Of a DNA stretch of 64,000 bases, positions 23,189 through 36,031 are shown piece after piece. The position numbers and the translations under genes are program-made. The stretch lies in the NCBI GenBank assembly GCA_016748015.1, contig JAAOMT010000627.1, positions 310,001-374,000 of the forward strand, written 5' to 3'. Under the pieces are notes generated by a model. That model was not told the DNA's origin, ran no database searches, and saw nothing but the letters and a program-made list of their open reading frames with translations. Each line of letters begins with the position of its first letter. Position 1 is the stretch's first letter. The stretch comes from Geosiphon pyriformis uo1. Its lineage: Eukaryota; Fungi; Glomeromycota.

Positions 23189-26043
23189 ATGAATACCCTT
23201 ACTATTAATGAAAGATCTGAGACGAAGCTTACAGAAAGCTTAGTGCTTGAACAAGATAGGCTTGAACATTTTACAAAAAACGCCCTTGATGCTACTTTTA
23301 ATGGGCTCGGTGGCCCGTCTCAGAGCTCTTTCTCAGCCAATAACACAGATTTAATTCCTCTGTATGCTTTAAATCCTGAAGAAACTTCATTTGTACAACG
23401 AGGAGCTTTGAGAGACTTTTCTACCAATACATCAGAGGAGATCACAGAGTGTGAGAAAATTAAAGCCCAAGAACAAAATATAGATATAATATATAGTGAA
23501 TCAACAGAAACACAAAGCAACGAACAACAAACTCTCAACCCTCCTGCTTACGCACTGTTTTCCTATGATTTTTCAAAGCCTTTGACTCCTATTTATTCTA
23601 CTCGCGATATGTTTAATGAAACAGTAAAGGATAGCTTGAAAAATTTATCTCTTCAAATAGGGCTGGGAGAAAATTATGAAAGTAATGCGACTAATGGTTG
23701 GGAGGATAATTTCTTTAAAATCGCTAAATGGTGAGTGACTAAAGCAAGAGGTTCTTGATATTCTTTTAAATTTCTGAAAATCTAATTTAGACCAGTTTTT
23801 TCGAATGTTATTTAACAGGTCACCTGACGGAACTTGTATTTTGACTTCCTCAAATGATAATATGATGAGATTGTTCGAGCTGTAAGCTGGTCATCTGTCG
23901 CGTTAAGATTCATCCAATTACCTTGCACCATTTACTTTTTGGCCCATCCTCCACTATAACACTAGCATTTCGGAACCTCAGGTTCTATGGCACATTGGGC
24001 CTCTTTGTGCTTTTATCTTGTTTTGAATTTGATTAATAAAATAGCTGTTTCTCCTTTTAACAACGCAGGCCATCTGATGTTTTTGAAACAAATGAAGGTT
24101 CTCTTAAAGTTTAATTTAGTTTAAAAATCCAAGAATTTTTTTCCGCTCTAATTTTTTTTCAACTCAGAACTCCTTTTAAAGCCGGTTCTTCTTGCAAGAA
24201 TTGGTGAAACTGTTTACGATTGTTGCTGGTATCCTATGATGTCAAGCCAAGGTAGTGTTAAGTTACCGAAATATTTTTCCAGATTCAACTAAAATTGAAC
24301 AAAAAATAAAAATTTCAGATCCTGGTACGTGTGGTTTTCTCGTGTCAAGCAGAGATCATCCTGTCCATTTATGGGATGCCTTCTCAGCAAAGGTATAGAT
24401 ATATTTCAATTATCTCATTGCTTAATTTATATGATATTACAGTATTAACATCAAGCTGTAGTCGAGATGCTCTTATACAATTATCGATCATCGTGAGCAA
24501 GTTGTCGGTCCAAATTCGCTAGCATTTAATCTGGACGGTTCAAAGTAAGTATATTCTCGCGATCTGTTAAGATTTTATCTTCAATGAAATTACATTTAGC
24601 ATGGTCTAAGATCAGATAGCTCTGTAAATATTTAACAACCTTACCCAAATTTGAAGAGGTATTGGGTCATTAAATCTTTGCTACATTTTCAAGAAATCAT
24701 AATTTCCCGTTTATCATCTTGGTTTCATTTATTTAAGGAATACTGTTTTTAAATGAAGATTCAACACTTGTTATTCATGAAATTGATTTCTAAAAAGAAT
24801 TAACTTTTTTATTTGGTATCTTAAAAAGGATATATTGTGGGTACAAAAATATGATTGAGGTATTTGAAACCAGTCGGCCAGGACGCGAGAGCGAGAAATA
24901 TCCTACTACCCCCAAAAGAAAGAGTAAAGAAGGACAAAAAGGTAAATATCAATTGAGCATAATATATTGAATACAGAATTTAGAAAACATCAATCTTAAT
25001 AAGGTTTTCAGGCGTTATAACTTGCTTCGCATTCAACCCCGATTACTCGGGATTATATGCTGCTGGATCATATTCAAAAACCGTTGGACTTTATGATGAA
25101 AGCAACAACTCATTGTTGTTTCTTTTGCGGGCTCTCGCAGGTGGCGTCACTCAGGTGAATTTAAACTGTGCAATCAAGATATAAATGTGAATAAAGCTTT
25201 ACATATTTTATTCTGGATTAATTTTGTAGGTTAAATTCTCTACAGATGGTCACTATCTTTTCTCAGCATCTCGAAGGGATAATCGAGTTCTATGCTGGGA
25301 TATTCGAAATACTGGAGAAATACTTTACAAACTTGATCGAAAGGGAGATACCAACCAAAGACTATCTTTTGACATCGATCCAACAGGAAAATATTTGACT
25401 ACAGGAAATCAGGTGAGAATTATTTCATTTGTCAAAATCGGAATGCAACAGCGTTATACTTTTTCAGTGTATTCTTATAAATTTTGTAGATGAAATCTTA
25501 TTAACAACATTATTTTGCTCTTGATCCTAATATCCATCTTATTTGTATTAGGTACTACTTTCAGTCTCTTTATTTTCCTTCATTAAAATGTCATCCTTAA
25601 AAGGAAATTTGCGCTGAATGGTAAGAATTTCAAATTGATAATTCTAATATAGGACGGCCAAATATTAGTTTATGATATTAGTACTGGAACTGATAAAGGG
25701 ATTCAGCGAAAAGTCCTCGAGTGTTCTGCACATGGCGGTAAGTTGATGTGAATTTTAGATTCATTATAAACTCTAATAATGACGCTTCATTTCAATGGTA
25801 ACAGATTCTATTTCTGCTGTTGAATTCCATCGTGCGTTGCCACTTCTAGTATCTTGCTCAGGGCAGAGGAAATATCATACTGTTGATGAAAACGATCTCA
25901 AAATGATGGAAAATTCTTGGTCTAGACAAAAAAGCAAAAGTGATAACTCTCTTAAAATTTGGAAAATATATGGTAACTACGAGTGGTACCCTTATAAAGA
26001 TTATGATGTCCAGCAACCCTTAGAAATTGAAATAGATCCATGA
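23189..26043 (+). CDS. WRAP53: Telomerase Cajal body protein 1 (TCAB1/WDR79; Swt21-like) WD40 protein, multi-exon
   Basis: KWSPDGTCILTSSND, GETVYDCCWYPMMSSQDP, SSRDHPVHLWDAF, IYCGY, SRPGR, GQKGVI, GGVTQ, WDIR, TNQRLSFDID, SCSGQR. Confidence 0.9.
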
Positions 26044-27096
26044 ACATTCGTTTATTATCGATTGCCGGGGGCTTTTTGGATTGCTACTGATCTTAGCAAT
26101 TTAGTGAAAGAAAGTTCTATAAAAATGGAATAAATTAGACCTTCTAATTTTAGCCTAAAACTTTTCTTCCCCTTTTGTCCTTGATCCTGAGTTCTTTTTT
26201 GGAAAAGCAGCAATCAGGAACAATACTTATAGAACTGCAGAATCCATTCCTGAGTTGCCTTAATTTATAAAACAGATTCTTTCTGACAAAAATCAAAGTG
26301 GTATCGTAATAAGATGCGACTGCTAAAAAGTAATATATGCGTGAAAAAGGCTATTTCATGCTTTAAAAACTAATTGCCAAAATTATATAATGCACCTACC
26401 ACAAGTTGGTTAAAATGCACTTGCGATTTTGAGATGATATAAATATTTATTTATTTTAGAAATTTATACTTTCGAAATGAAACCAAAATATCAAACTTTT
26501 GAATGACTATTTTTCTCCAAATAGAAAGAAGCATTTAGCTTTATATTTGATTCTAACAAAAATATTATATATTTAAAGCTTCTATAATATTAACTTTAAA
26601 AAATGGCGTTAATTATAAATATATTATAATATAACATTTCAGATAATAATTAAAAGTTAAATCAACCAAATATAATATTAATTTTTTTTATTAAATTATA
26701 AGATATAAAAAATATTGTTATGAACTTAAAACCAAGTTATATAATTAATAATAAAATTTTATTATTATTTATTGGTTTTAATTACAATAATTATAAATAA
26801 TACATAAAATATAATAATAAAATAATTAATAATTATATAATACTACATAATAAATAATGCATAATATATGTTAAAATACAAAAGGTTTTTTTGTTAAAAT
26901 TGTCATTGTAAAGAAACAATATATGCTAGTTTTAAGTTTTGTTTTAGGCCAAATCATAACTAATGACACGACAAAATAAACTTCAATAAAAAGTTCCTTG
27001 CTACAGAATATTGGCCTTTCTTTTTCCCGTTGTTTCCAAATCCCCTTTTATTATAACCATTTGAACCTCAGATTTAACCTTTTTATTTTACGAAGA

Positions 27097-30000
27097 ATGA
27101 GTTTAATAGCAAAACACGAGAAAGCTGTGCTTGACCTCAACTCAACTGATCCAGAGGTGCTTGTGAAAGCTTTGCGATTCATTAAAAATAACATAATTGG
27201 AAATAAAACTAAAAAGGGTTTATATATTAGTCTAAATATAATTCCAAAGTACCAACTCATTAAAGATTTTTTATTCATTCAAAATTTCCTTTTATGGCAA
27301 TTTAATTTAATTCTGAATGAATTAAAACCCTTAGGCTCGTGGACTTTCTCAAGTCAAGGGACATTAGTGAACCGCAGCTGAGAATACAGGCAGCCATTGT
27401 ACTTGGAAGTTTTGCTTATGGTTATATTCTGTACAATTTTTTGTTTTAATGGCTTTTTTTTAAATGTGACTTAACTAAATTGATTTATTTGAAAATAGGG
27501 GGCGAAGATAATGTGGCAGAAATAATCAAATATGGAGCGATTAAGCCATTGTTAATTTGCATATCACCATCTAATGATTCGACTTTAATAGAAGCAGCTG
27601 CGCGCGCTTTGAAAGCTATATATAAAAATCCTACTGCAGACAAAAATGACATATTTCAGGTATTCGGCCATCATATGTCGAGAATTATTTAAACGTGGAT
27701 TTCCTAACATAATCTCCTTAATTGTTTCAGGATGATCACCTAAAAAATCTTATTACATTAATAAATTCTGCTCCTCTAAATCCAAAAAGTGAACGCGAAA
27801 AAATTGCATCAACTCACATTGCTCAATTGGCTGCTACCATCATTGCTCGTTGTTGTGACACCAATGAGCAACAAACTCAAATTGCTAATGCTGGAGCATT
27901 TCCCGCATTGATCGATTTGCTCACAAATGGTTCTGCAAAAGCTCAAGAAGCCGCATTGGATGCTTTGGCCTTTCTTTGTCGAGAAAATTCAGATTTTGGA
28001 CGAATTATTGTGCAGCCAACATGTAAATAGCCATATTTTCATTAGAACAAAATGTAGAAAATTCACGAAATAATAATTGAAAGGGGCTTTACTCCTTACT
28101 AACTCCGAAGTTGAAATTTTGTTTAGGTAGCGTCAGTAGAAATCCAGTAAAAATAATGTTCGAGTTGATACGTGATACTTCTCCTACAATGCGCTTGACA
28201 GCCGCAAGATGGTAACTCTAAATTTTTCCCAAGTTTTTCCTTTCATAGATTGTGAATTTCATTAATCATTATCAAAACATTAGTTTGACGCATCTAAGCC
28301 GTGCAAACGCTATTGACGAATATTCCGATGATGTCAAGTTGATTGTTTTGCCTACTTTGGTTAAATTGCTCGAGGAAAAAGGCTCGGTTCGTGAAGAAGC
28401 ACCACATGTTCTAGGTGGCTACATTTATCTTTCTTGCTAAAAAATTGATGATTTAAAATGTCTGAGGTTTAATAATTATATAATTATTGTTGTTATTATT
28501 ATTATTCAGCATATTTGATACGTGATAATGTAGAATTACAAAGTGCGGCATGTGATGCAGACGCTGTTCATAAGCTCGCTGATATAGTAACCCATGTTGC
28601 CGAAGAAGAAGCTTCCTATTATGAATCAATTGGAGACAATGATAAATTAAAAGAGGTTAGTTTTTACATAGTTGCTATTTTTTCAAATTTCTAAATCATG
28701 ATATTTCAATACAAATTCTTAGAATGCCTTGACCGCAATCGCTGCTATGAGCTCTTTGTTTGACAAAGGGCGAAAATTGGTAATTTTCGAATTTTTTCTT
28801 CTATTGTAGTCCAAATTTTTTTATACTAAACTAATATGTTGCTTTAGGTGGTTGAAGCCAAAATAATACCACATATTGTTACTGCCATGTCTCATAAATC
28901 TTATGGTGTAAGGGCCGCTGCATGTCAATGTACTAAGAGCCTTTCAAGATCTGTCAATATATTGAGGACTAGTCTTGTAGATGCAGGTATCGCCACACCT
29001 TTATTCAAGGTAGTTTCTAAGTTGTTTCGTTTTTCACTGTTTCCTTTTTTTTATCATAAAATCTTTTTGATGTTCTGTAGCTATTATCAGATGAATCATC
29101 AGATGTACAAACCACAGCTTGTGCAACTTTGTGTAATATAGTAATGGAATTTTCACCAATGAAAAAAGTAAGCACCAATGTAATATATATTTAAAAGTTT
29201 ATTCTGGATGCAAAAAACACTTAATTCCCTCATTTGTATAATTGAATAGGCAATATTGGAGCAAGGAGGAATTGAAAAATTGGTTGAATTAGTACAATCC
29301 TCTAATAACAGTCTTAGACTCAATGCAATCTGGGCTTTGAAGAATCTCGTTTGTCACGCTGAATCTGATGTTAAAGACGCAGTTATGAAAGTCTTAACCT
29401 ATCCACTATTAGCGACGTAAGTGCGTTTTTCTTCAAGACTAAATTTCTATGCCTTTTAAGAAAATAATTTAAACATCCGTTGTATTCACATAGGTTAATT
29501 GACGATTCCGAAATAGATGTTCAAGAACAGGCTTTGAATCTTTTGCGCAATCTTGTTCATCCCAAAGAAAGGGTGATGTTATTTTTATATCATGGTGGTC
29601 AAATCGACAATATTCCTCGCTGCATTATATTAAAGTGATGACTTCTTTCATTTCAGAATATTGAGGAGGTGTTCAAGGGATTGGGTGAAGTTACATTAAT
29701 GAACATTTTGGAGAAAAGACTTTGTTGGTTTCACTCGCAAATCATCAAACAGGTAATAAGCAACCATTATTTATTATATAATATTTTTCTCACCTGAAAA
29801 AAACTCCCTTATATTCAAGACCCTATATGTGATCAATAATATTGCTGTTGGAAACGAGCGACATATTCAAGCCATAATGGCACGCTCAACGATATTAAGA
29901 CATCTTTTGAACTATATGAAAAATGACAATTCGGAGATACGCTTGATAGCGGTTTTGTGCCTCAACAATTTAACGTGGATAAAAGATAAACACATATGTA

Positions 30001-30201
30001 ACTTTTGAATATATAATCTTCTTGAGAATTTACTGCTCTTATTCAAGCCAACTGATCTCTTTCTCAGATTCCCAGGAACGAATCCGAAGATTAAGACAAA
30101 TGGGATTCGAAGACCAAGTTAAAAAAATGATTAACGACGAAAATTTGGATGTTCGGGAACGAGTCAAGACAGCCATATCACAATTTGCCGAAGTATCATA
30201 A
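27097..30201 (+). CDS. ARMC8: Armadillo-repeat protein ARMC8/Gid5 (Vid28), GID/CTLH E3 ligase subunit, multi-exon
   Basis: ALRFIKNNIIGNKTKK, AAIVLGSFAYG, VRAAACQCTKSLSRSVNILRTSLVDAG, CNIVMEFSPMK, LRLNAIWALKNL, VQEQALNLLRNL, DVRERVKTA. Confidence 0.88.
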
Positions 30202-30715
30202 TTCGTTTTTGAGAACCTTGTTGGATTTTTTTAAAAGACAGGATAATCATGAGTTTCGAATCTTGCAAATTGCCTTCATAAAATAAATTCTAGAATAAAA
30301 GTTTATCTAGTGGGAATATCGTTCCCTGATTTGCTCAGAAAGGATGTATCGTGCAGTCAGGACATTGACAATCAAGTTGCTGATCCCTAGCTACTTGCAG
30401 GCATTTTAAATATATGTTCAATTTTCGATTATCATCAAATGAGTTTTTTAAATCGTCTGAGATTATCTGTTATCTATAAATTTATTGCCCTGCTGAAGGT
30501 TTCTCTAAATTACCCAAATTAAACTCCTCGATTTTGAGACCTTGGTTTTTGTAAGCCATACCATTGAGCTACTTTTTTGAATTTTTTTGTTTTTTTTCAA
30601 ACAATGCGTGAAATTTTAATTAACCAACCTAAAACTCTTTTCCTCAACGACAACCGGAAATTTGTTGGCATTACTTTCATCCAAACTTTAGGCAGGGAAA
30701 CCTCAAATTTCTACT

Positions 30716-31531
30716 ATGTCCCAAGAAAACTCGGCGAATCTTCCAAGTTATCATGATTATATATGCCGGCATCTCTATAATTGTTTTCGCAGTGGCGAAT
30801 ATTCCAACTTATTGGTTCACGTACCTTTTAAAGAAGAACCTTACACGCTTCATGCTATTGTGGTGATGAAGGCTCCTTACTTTTTAAGCGTATTCACTAA
30901 TCCCGGCCTTCACTTTGTTCTGGATTTCACAAATCCAATGAGCATTACCCTCAATGAAGGGGATATAGCTGATATAAACATCACTGAAGAAGCCTTCAGT
31001 ATTTGTTTAGGTCATCTGTATATTGATCATTCCCACATGGTCACTGGTGAAAACGCCCACCAAGTTTTGGCTGCTGCCCACTTCCTACAAATGAGTGATA
31101 TGTGTCAATTGGCGAGTGATGTGGCTTGCATGAACATTTCTGAAATTAACGTTCTAGAGTATCTTGATTGGGTTGGGCTAGTTGATAACTATGGACATTA
31201 TTCACAACAGATCAGGGACAGGGCTTACACCTTTTTATTACATGATTTACCCGCAGCCGATTCCGTCGAAGATGGAATTATGGGGATAAACTATGAACGA
31301 TTACGCAAAATTTATGTCCGATTACCATTCGATCTGCTCAAGTTTTGCTTGGAATCAGATCGGCTAAATGTGCCTTTCGGTCCAGCACGTATTCAACTTG
31401 CTCAAGACGTTGTGACAATTTGGAATCATATGAATGAAAATGAGCAAGCAATTGTGAGCACCGGCTTTCTTCGCCATTACGCTGTTGTAATCAACAGGAC
31501 AGCTTCGAGGAGACTCAAAAAGAATCGCTAA
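30716..31531 (+). CDS. Intronless BTB/POZ-domain protein (germ cell-less-like BTB, 271 aa)
   Basis: GEYSNLLV..YTLHAIVV..APYF, DINITEEAFSICLGHLY, ENAHQVLAAAHFLQMSDMC. Confidence 0.82.
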   Translation: MSQENSANLPSYHDYICRHLYNCFRSGEYSNLLVHVPFKEEPYTLHAIVVMKAPYFLSVFTNPGLHFVLDFTNPMSITLNEGDIADINITEEAFSICLGHLYIDHSHMVTGENAHQVLAAAHFLQMSDMCQLASDVACMNISEINVLEYLDWVGLVDNYGHYSQQIRDRAYTFLLHDLPAADSVEDGIMGINYERLRKIYVRLPFDLLKFCLESDRLNVPFGPARIQLAQDVVTIWNHMNENEQAIVSTGFLRHYAVVINRTASRRLKKNR

Positions 31532-32399
31532 ATTTGCCACAGCCCTTTGGACTTGAATTTTTAATCATAGTTAGGAATTTGATCATTTACAGCGAGCTAA
31601 AAATACTTGATTGGCGTAATCCCAATTTTGTTTCTTGCCTGAGTGAGCGCTATTTTCAAAAGCTGGTACAATTGCAACCATGATCTCAATCAACCCACGC
31701 TGAAGATAATTTTATTTCTTCCTATTCCCAGTAACTCGAAATCTTACCTTGGGTATCACTCATTAATATCTAAAACTTCACATAAGAAATTCGAGCTTTA
31801 CGTATTTCCAATAAAAAGCCCGCAAGGAATTATTTCGATTTTACTAGATGATAACCAATACAGCGATTTTCATCCTTATAAAATTTGTAATTCATCAGAA
31901 TTCGATAATTTTCCTTTTCCACACAATGTTGACAGTAATATTATCTTCTGGTCCGTTTGTGAAATTAGTTTCGATCAATAATACTAAGAGGTAAGTTGGC
32001 TTTGGATTTGCATCTTGACTTTTTTGAGTCGTGGTTACACTATTTCTTTCTCCATGTTTTTAGCACTACCATGTTCTTTTATCACTCCAGTAGATTGGCT
32101 CTCAAGTTTTGAAATGGACATATTAAATGTTTGCTTTCTCAGTTGGAAAGAAAGCCTAGATTTTTTTCTGATAATTAGATTATATTAGAAACGGAGTTGA
32201 AAAATCTGATTAAACGGGTTATATGTAATTATATTCACTATAAACTTTTAAAATTATTTTTTGAAACCTTAAATAAAAAATGCTAGAGATGAACACATTA
32301 AAGATAAGAACTGCAAAAATAAATACTTCCGATACCATTATTATTGTCATTTCACAATTTTTTGATATAAAAAGGTACTTGTGTTCTTAATACAAAAGC

Positions 32400-33900
32400 A
32401 GCTTTTTTTAATTTTCAATTTACAACATTATTTTTGATTTTTATTATTAAACATAGTATTTTGTTAATTTATAAACATATTATTCAAATTAATTATGATT
32501 ATTAATACAAAACAATTGAATTAAGAATTTTAAAAAAGCTTAACCAAAATTAATTGAAATTTATTAAAATTAAAGTAAAATAATATTATCTAAATTGTAT
32601 AAAACTTTTTTTTTATATTCAATTTTGCAAAAAGAAAAAGTTTTTTGAAAAGAAATTTTTTTTTTACTGCTTTATAATTTTCTAATATTTTATAAAATAC
32701 TAATTTTTTTGTATAAAAATTGATAATTATTACTAATAATAAGATAATCAAAAAAAAATCTGTAAAAAATGCTATATATAATCTTATTATAGTAGGTTTA
32801 CTTAAAATTCCAAAAAAATAAACAATAATATTAAGAACTTTAGAAATAAAACAGTTTTTTTTTAGTTGAAATTTTATTTTTAAATAGCAAAATAAGTTGT
32901 TTTTGGTGTGTTTAATAATATAAAAACCAACTTTAAACAAATATTAAAAAAATTTATAATAATTAATATTAAGTTTAATATTAATAATAAAAATAAATTT
33001 TCTTTAAATTTTAAAATAAATATTTTTAAAATAAAAAAATAAACACTAGAAAATTAAATATATTATTATTAAATACAATTTATTATAATACTAAAAATAA
33101 AAAAATATCTTTTTTGTTTTTTTTTCTTTTTATATTTAAGTTTAATTGGTTTGTTATGATTATTAAAAAAATCAAAAACTGTTATTAAGAAATTTAATAT
33201 TTTAAATATTAATTTATATTAAAGAAAAAACTCAAAAAAATGGTTTTATTAATAAATAGTTTTAAGAAAACTTTTTTTTCAAAATTTCAGAAAATTATTA
33301 AAATTTAGTTTAATTAAAATCATAATATTACTTATAAATAAAAATATTTTTATAAACAATAATTTTAAAAAACCAAATTTATTATCAAATTAAATTATAA
33401 TTTTTAAAAAGATTTTTAAAAAAAATGTTTTTCTAGTTTTGTTTAGATTTAATAAAATTATATTAATTTATTTATAATTAATTAAACAATAATAAAAGAC
33501 TATTATTTTATTAAATTATATTTTATAATTTAATATTGGTAATTTTAATAAATTTTAGTAAATTTAAAATTTTGGTTTTGAGTTTTTTGTATAAAAACAA
33601 AAATTTTAATTTTTAATATTTAATTTTTTATTTTTTGGTATAATAATCAGTTTATTCTGATGTTTTTTATTTTTTTTAATAAGTATTTAACTTCTAATAA
33701 GTTAATTCTATACTTATAATTTGTGTTTTTTATTAAATAACTTTTAATATTATAATTTTAGTATTTATTTTTTAATTAATTAATTTAATAATAAAACATA
33801 ATAACAAAAATAAAAGAAAAAAATAAAGTAAAAAAAAGTTGATATTTTATTAATAATTATAATTAAAAGCATTTAATTTAATTATGTATAATTACATATA
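32400..33900 (-). mobile_element. Ghost remnant of an E4-family Gypsy element (LTR part about 33550-33880; gag-like sequence toward 32400)
   Basis: Reverse complement of 33600-33870 aligns with 10310-10530 and 60920-61200; the remainder is only weakly decodable. Confidence 0.5.
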
Positions 33901-34073
33901 AAAAATATATAAACTATATTTAAATTAAATTATATATTATAAAAAAAACTCTTTCTTTCGTTGATCCCCTGACCATAATGAAAGCATAAAGTAGTCAAAA
34001 AAATATCTTTCTTTTCTCTTATTCCCTTTTGTTTCCTTCAGTTATTTCTTTATATACACCTCTGTTCGTGACA

Positions 34074-36031
34074 ATGAATCCAGTAGGCTCTTCTGCTGGT
34101 GAGTCAGCATCTGGTTCAGCTGGTGTGGGGACCCGTTCTGGCACTAAAAAAAAGGCATGCGTTGAGAGTGTTTATGCTCGTGGTCTATCTTACAAAAAAG
34201 TGAAGAAACCTGATGATTCTGGTGTTGTTGTGGATTCGTCGGCTGGCCCTCTGCCTGTGGACATGCTATATGGTGGCATTGATGACCAGAAGAAATCTTG
34301 GAGTAGCGAAATGGACAGCGAGGAATCAAGTGTTGGCGGGACTTCTGATGTTGAGAACATAAAGAACACAATTGTGGAAGAAACAAGTTACGTCAATTCT
34401 GACACTTCCGGAGATGACGAACTAATGGGTAATGCTATGCCAAAGGGTTTGAAAATGAAAACATATGTATTTGAACACCCGCCTAAGCAGCCTTTTTTTG
34501 TTGATGTGGGCAGTGCTGGCAACGTTTTGGAGCTCCCTCCTTGCACGTTCAATGGATCCAATTAGTTGCTGTCAGTCATGTCACGTGATCGGGAGATTTG
34601 GAGTTTTATTTCGGTGAAATCTTTTGTATTGGATATTGAACTTTCTGCTGTTCCTGAGAAAACTGTTAGTGATAAATTGATTTGTGTGAAAAAAATTTTT
34701 TATCAAGTTGATGGTTTTGGGGGGGCTTCAACTCCCTCAAAATTTTCTGGAATAATAAAGTCATCATTTACATCTGAAAAAAGTTTGATTAAGGCAAGGG
34801 AAATGGTGATCAGTGAAAAAATTTTGGTAAATGATGATCTAAGAAAAGTAAACAGCCATTTGGATTGGGAGGTGATCATCAAGGAAATCCCAGTAAATCT
34901 TCCCAAATTGGCGATTGAGGCAGTGTTCTTCAAGTTTGGCAAGATTATTTCAATCAAAGTGCAGCTTATTGGTCTTTGGCAAAAGGCCTTAGTAGAATAT
35001 GAATCATCTGAGATAGCTGATTTGGTTGTGGTTAGATGGTCTGTGCTCATGGGAAAAGATTCTGTTTGTGTGGCAAAGGCAAATGTTGATAAACAAACGT
35101 GGGTATCTAAGGATCAGCATCAGGCATTGCTTTACACTCTTCCAGTTGGCATCACTGTCCATGATTTGTCTGCATTGGTGGAGGCCTATGGTGGGAAAAC
35201 TTGTTTTATTGGCTGAATTCATCTTTATATATTTGTGATCGGTGTGCTGTGATCTGTTTTGAGAGTGAGGCATCTAAGTTGGCTGCTATTGGTTCGGTTC
35301 TGGTTTTCAAGGGTGTGAGTTTGCATTGGGCTGGTCTATTTTTGGCCTGTTGTGCAGTGTGTAAACAATTCGGTCATGTTTCTGATGTTTGTTCTATGGG
35401 TGGGAATTCTGGTGCTCACAGTAAGTGGGTGGTAACTTCTCAGGATCGGGTTCATCTGGCTAATGTATATAGGAGGAAACAGGCTCTTATCACTCACCCA
35501 GTTTCCTTTGGTGGCAAGACATGGGTCCAAGTTGCTAGTGGCACTTTCTCTCGTGTGGTTTTTTCGGGTCTTTTTTCTGTTGGTGCTAGTTTCAGTGTGG
35601 GTTTTGCCTCAGTAGAATCCTTCCCTTCTGATATCTCTGGTTTGTGCAGTCGGTTGGCAATTTTGGAACACTCTTTGGAGCTTTTGGCAGACCAAGTTTC
35701 TGCCATTGCGAAGAAGCTGAGTTGTGTTGAGGTGGTTTCTTCAGAGTTTTCTTTTCTAGCCTCTCATCCCATTGCATCTGCTTCTCTGGCCTCATGCGTG
35801 GATTTAAATATGGCACTGGACGTTCCATTGGTGGCCTCTTTTTCTCTTTGCCCTACCATTGATGATGCCAATCCTGATTTTGGTTCTAGTAGTTTGAAGG
35901 TTCTAACTGCCAAGGTTGGTGGTTTGGAGTCAAAGTTGATGGCTTTGGATGCATCAGTCGGCTCAGTGTTGGCAAGACTGGATATGTTGTGTTCTGGTTT
36001 GGGTTCTTCGGTTTTCTTGTCTTCTCAATGA
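34074..36031 (+). pseudogene. LINE-B ORF1 with CX2CX4HX4C knuckle, disrupted
   Basis: MNPVGSSAG start; CAVCKQFGHVSDVC; one internal stop and one frameshift. Confidence 0.87.

Noticed and set aside
24545-24828. snoRNA or scaRNA in the longer TCAB1 introns
   Set aside because: No convincing C/D or H/ACA box arrangement by eye; an Rfam or snoReport scan would be needed
31643-31981. 112-aa ORF downstream of the BTB gene
   Set aside because: Non-ATG (GTG) start, no recognisable domain; probably 3' UTR or intergenic
32590-32940. ORFs in AT deserts (also 50563-50808, 53651-53860, 54096-54302)
   Set aside because: F/I/K/N/L/Y-only composition expected from eroded DNA; the last two lie inside an LTR
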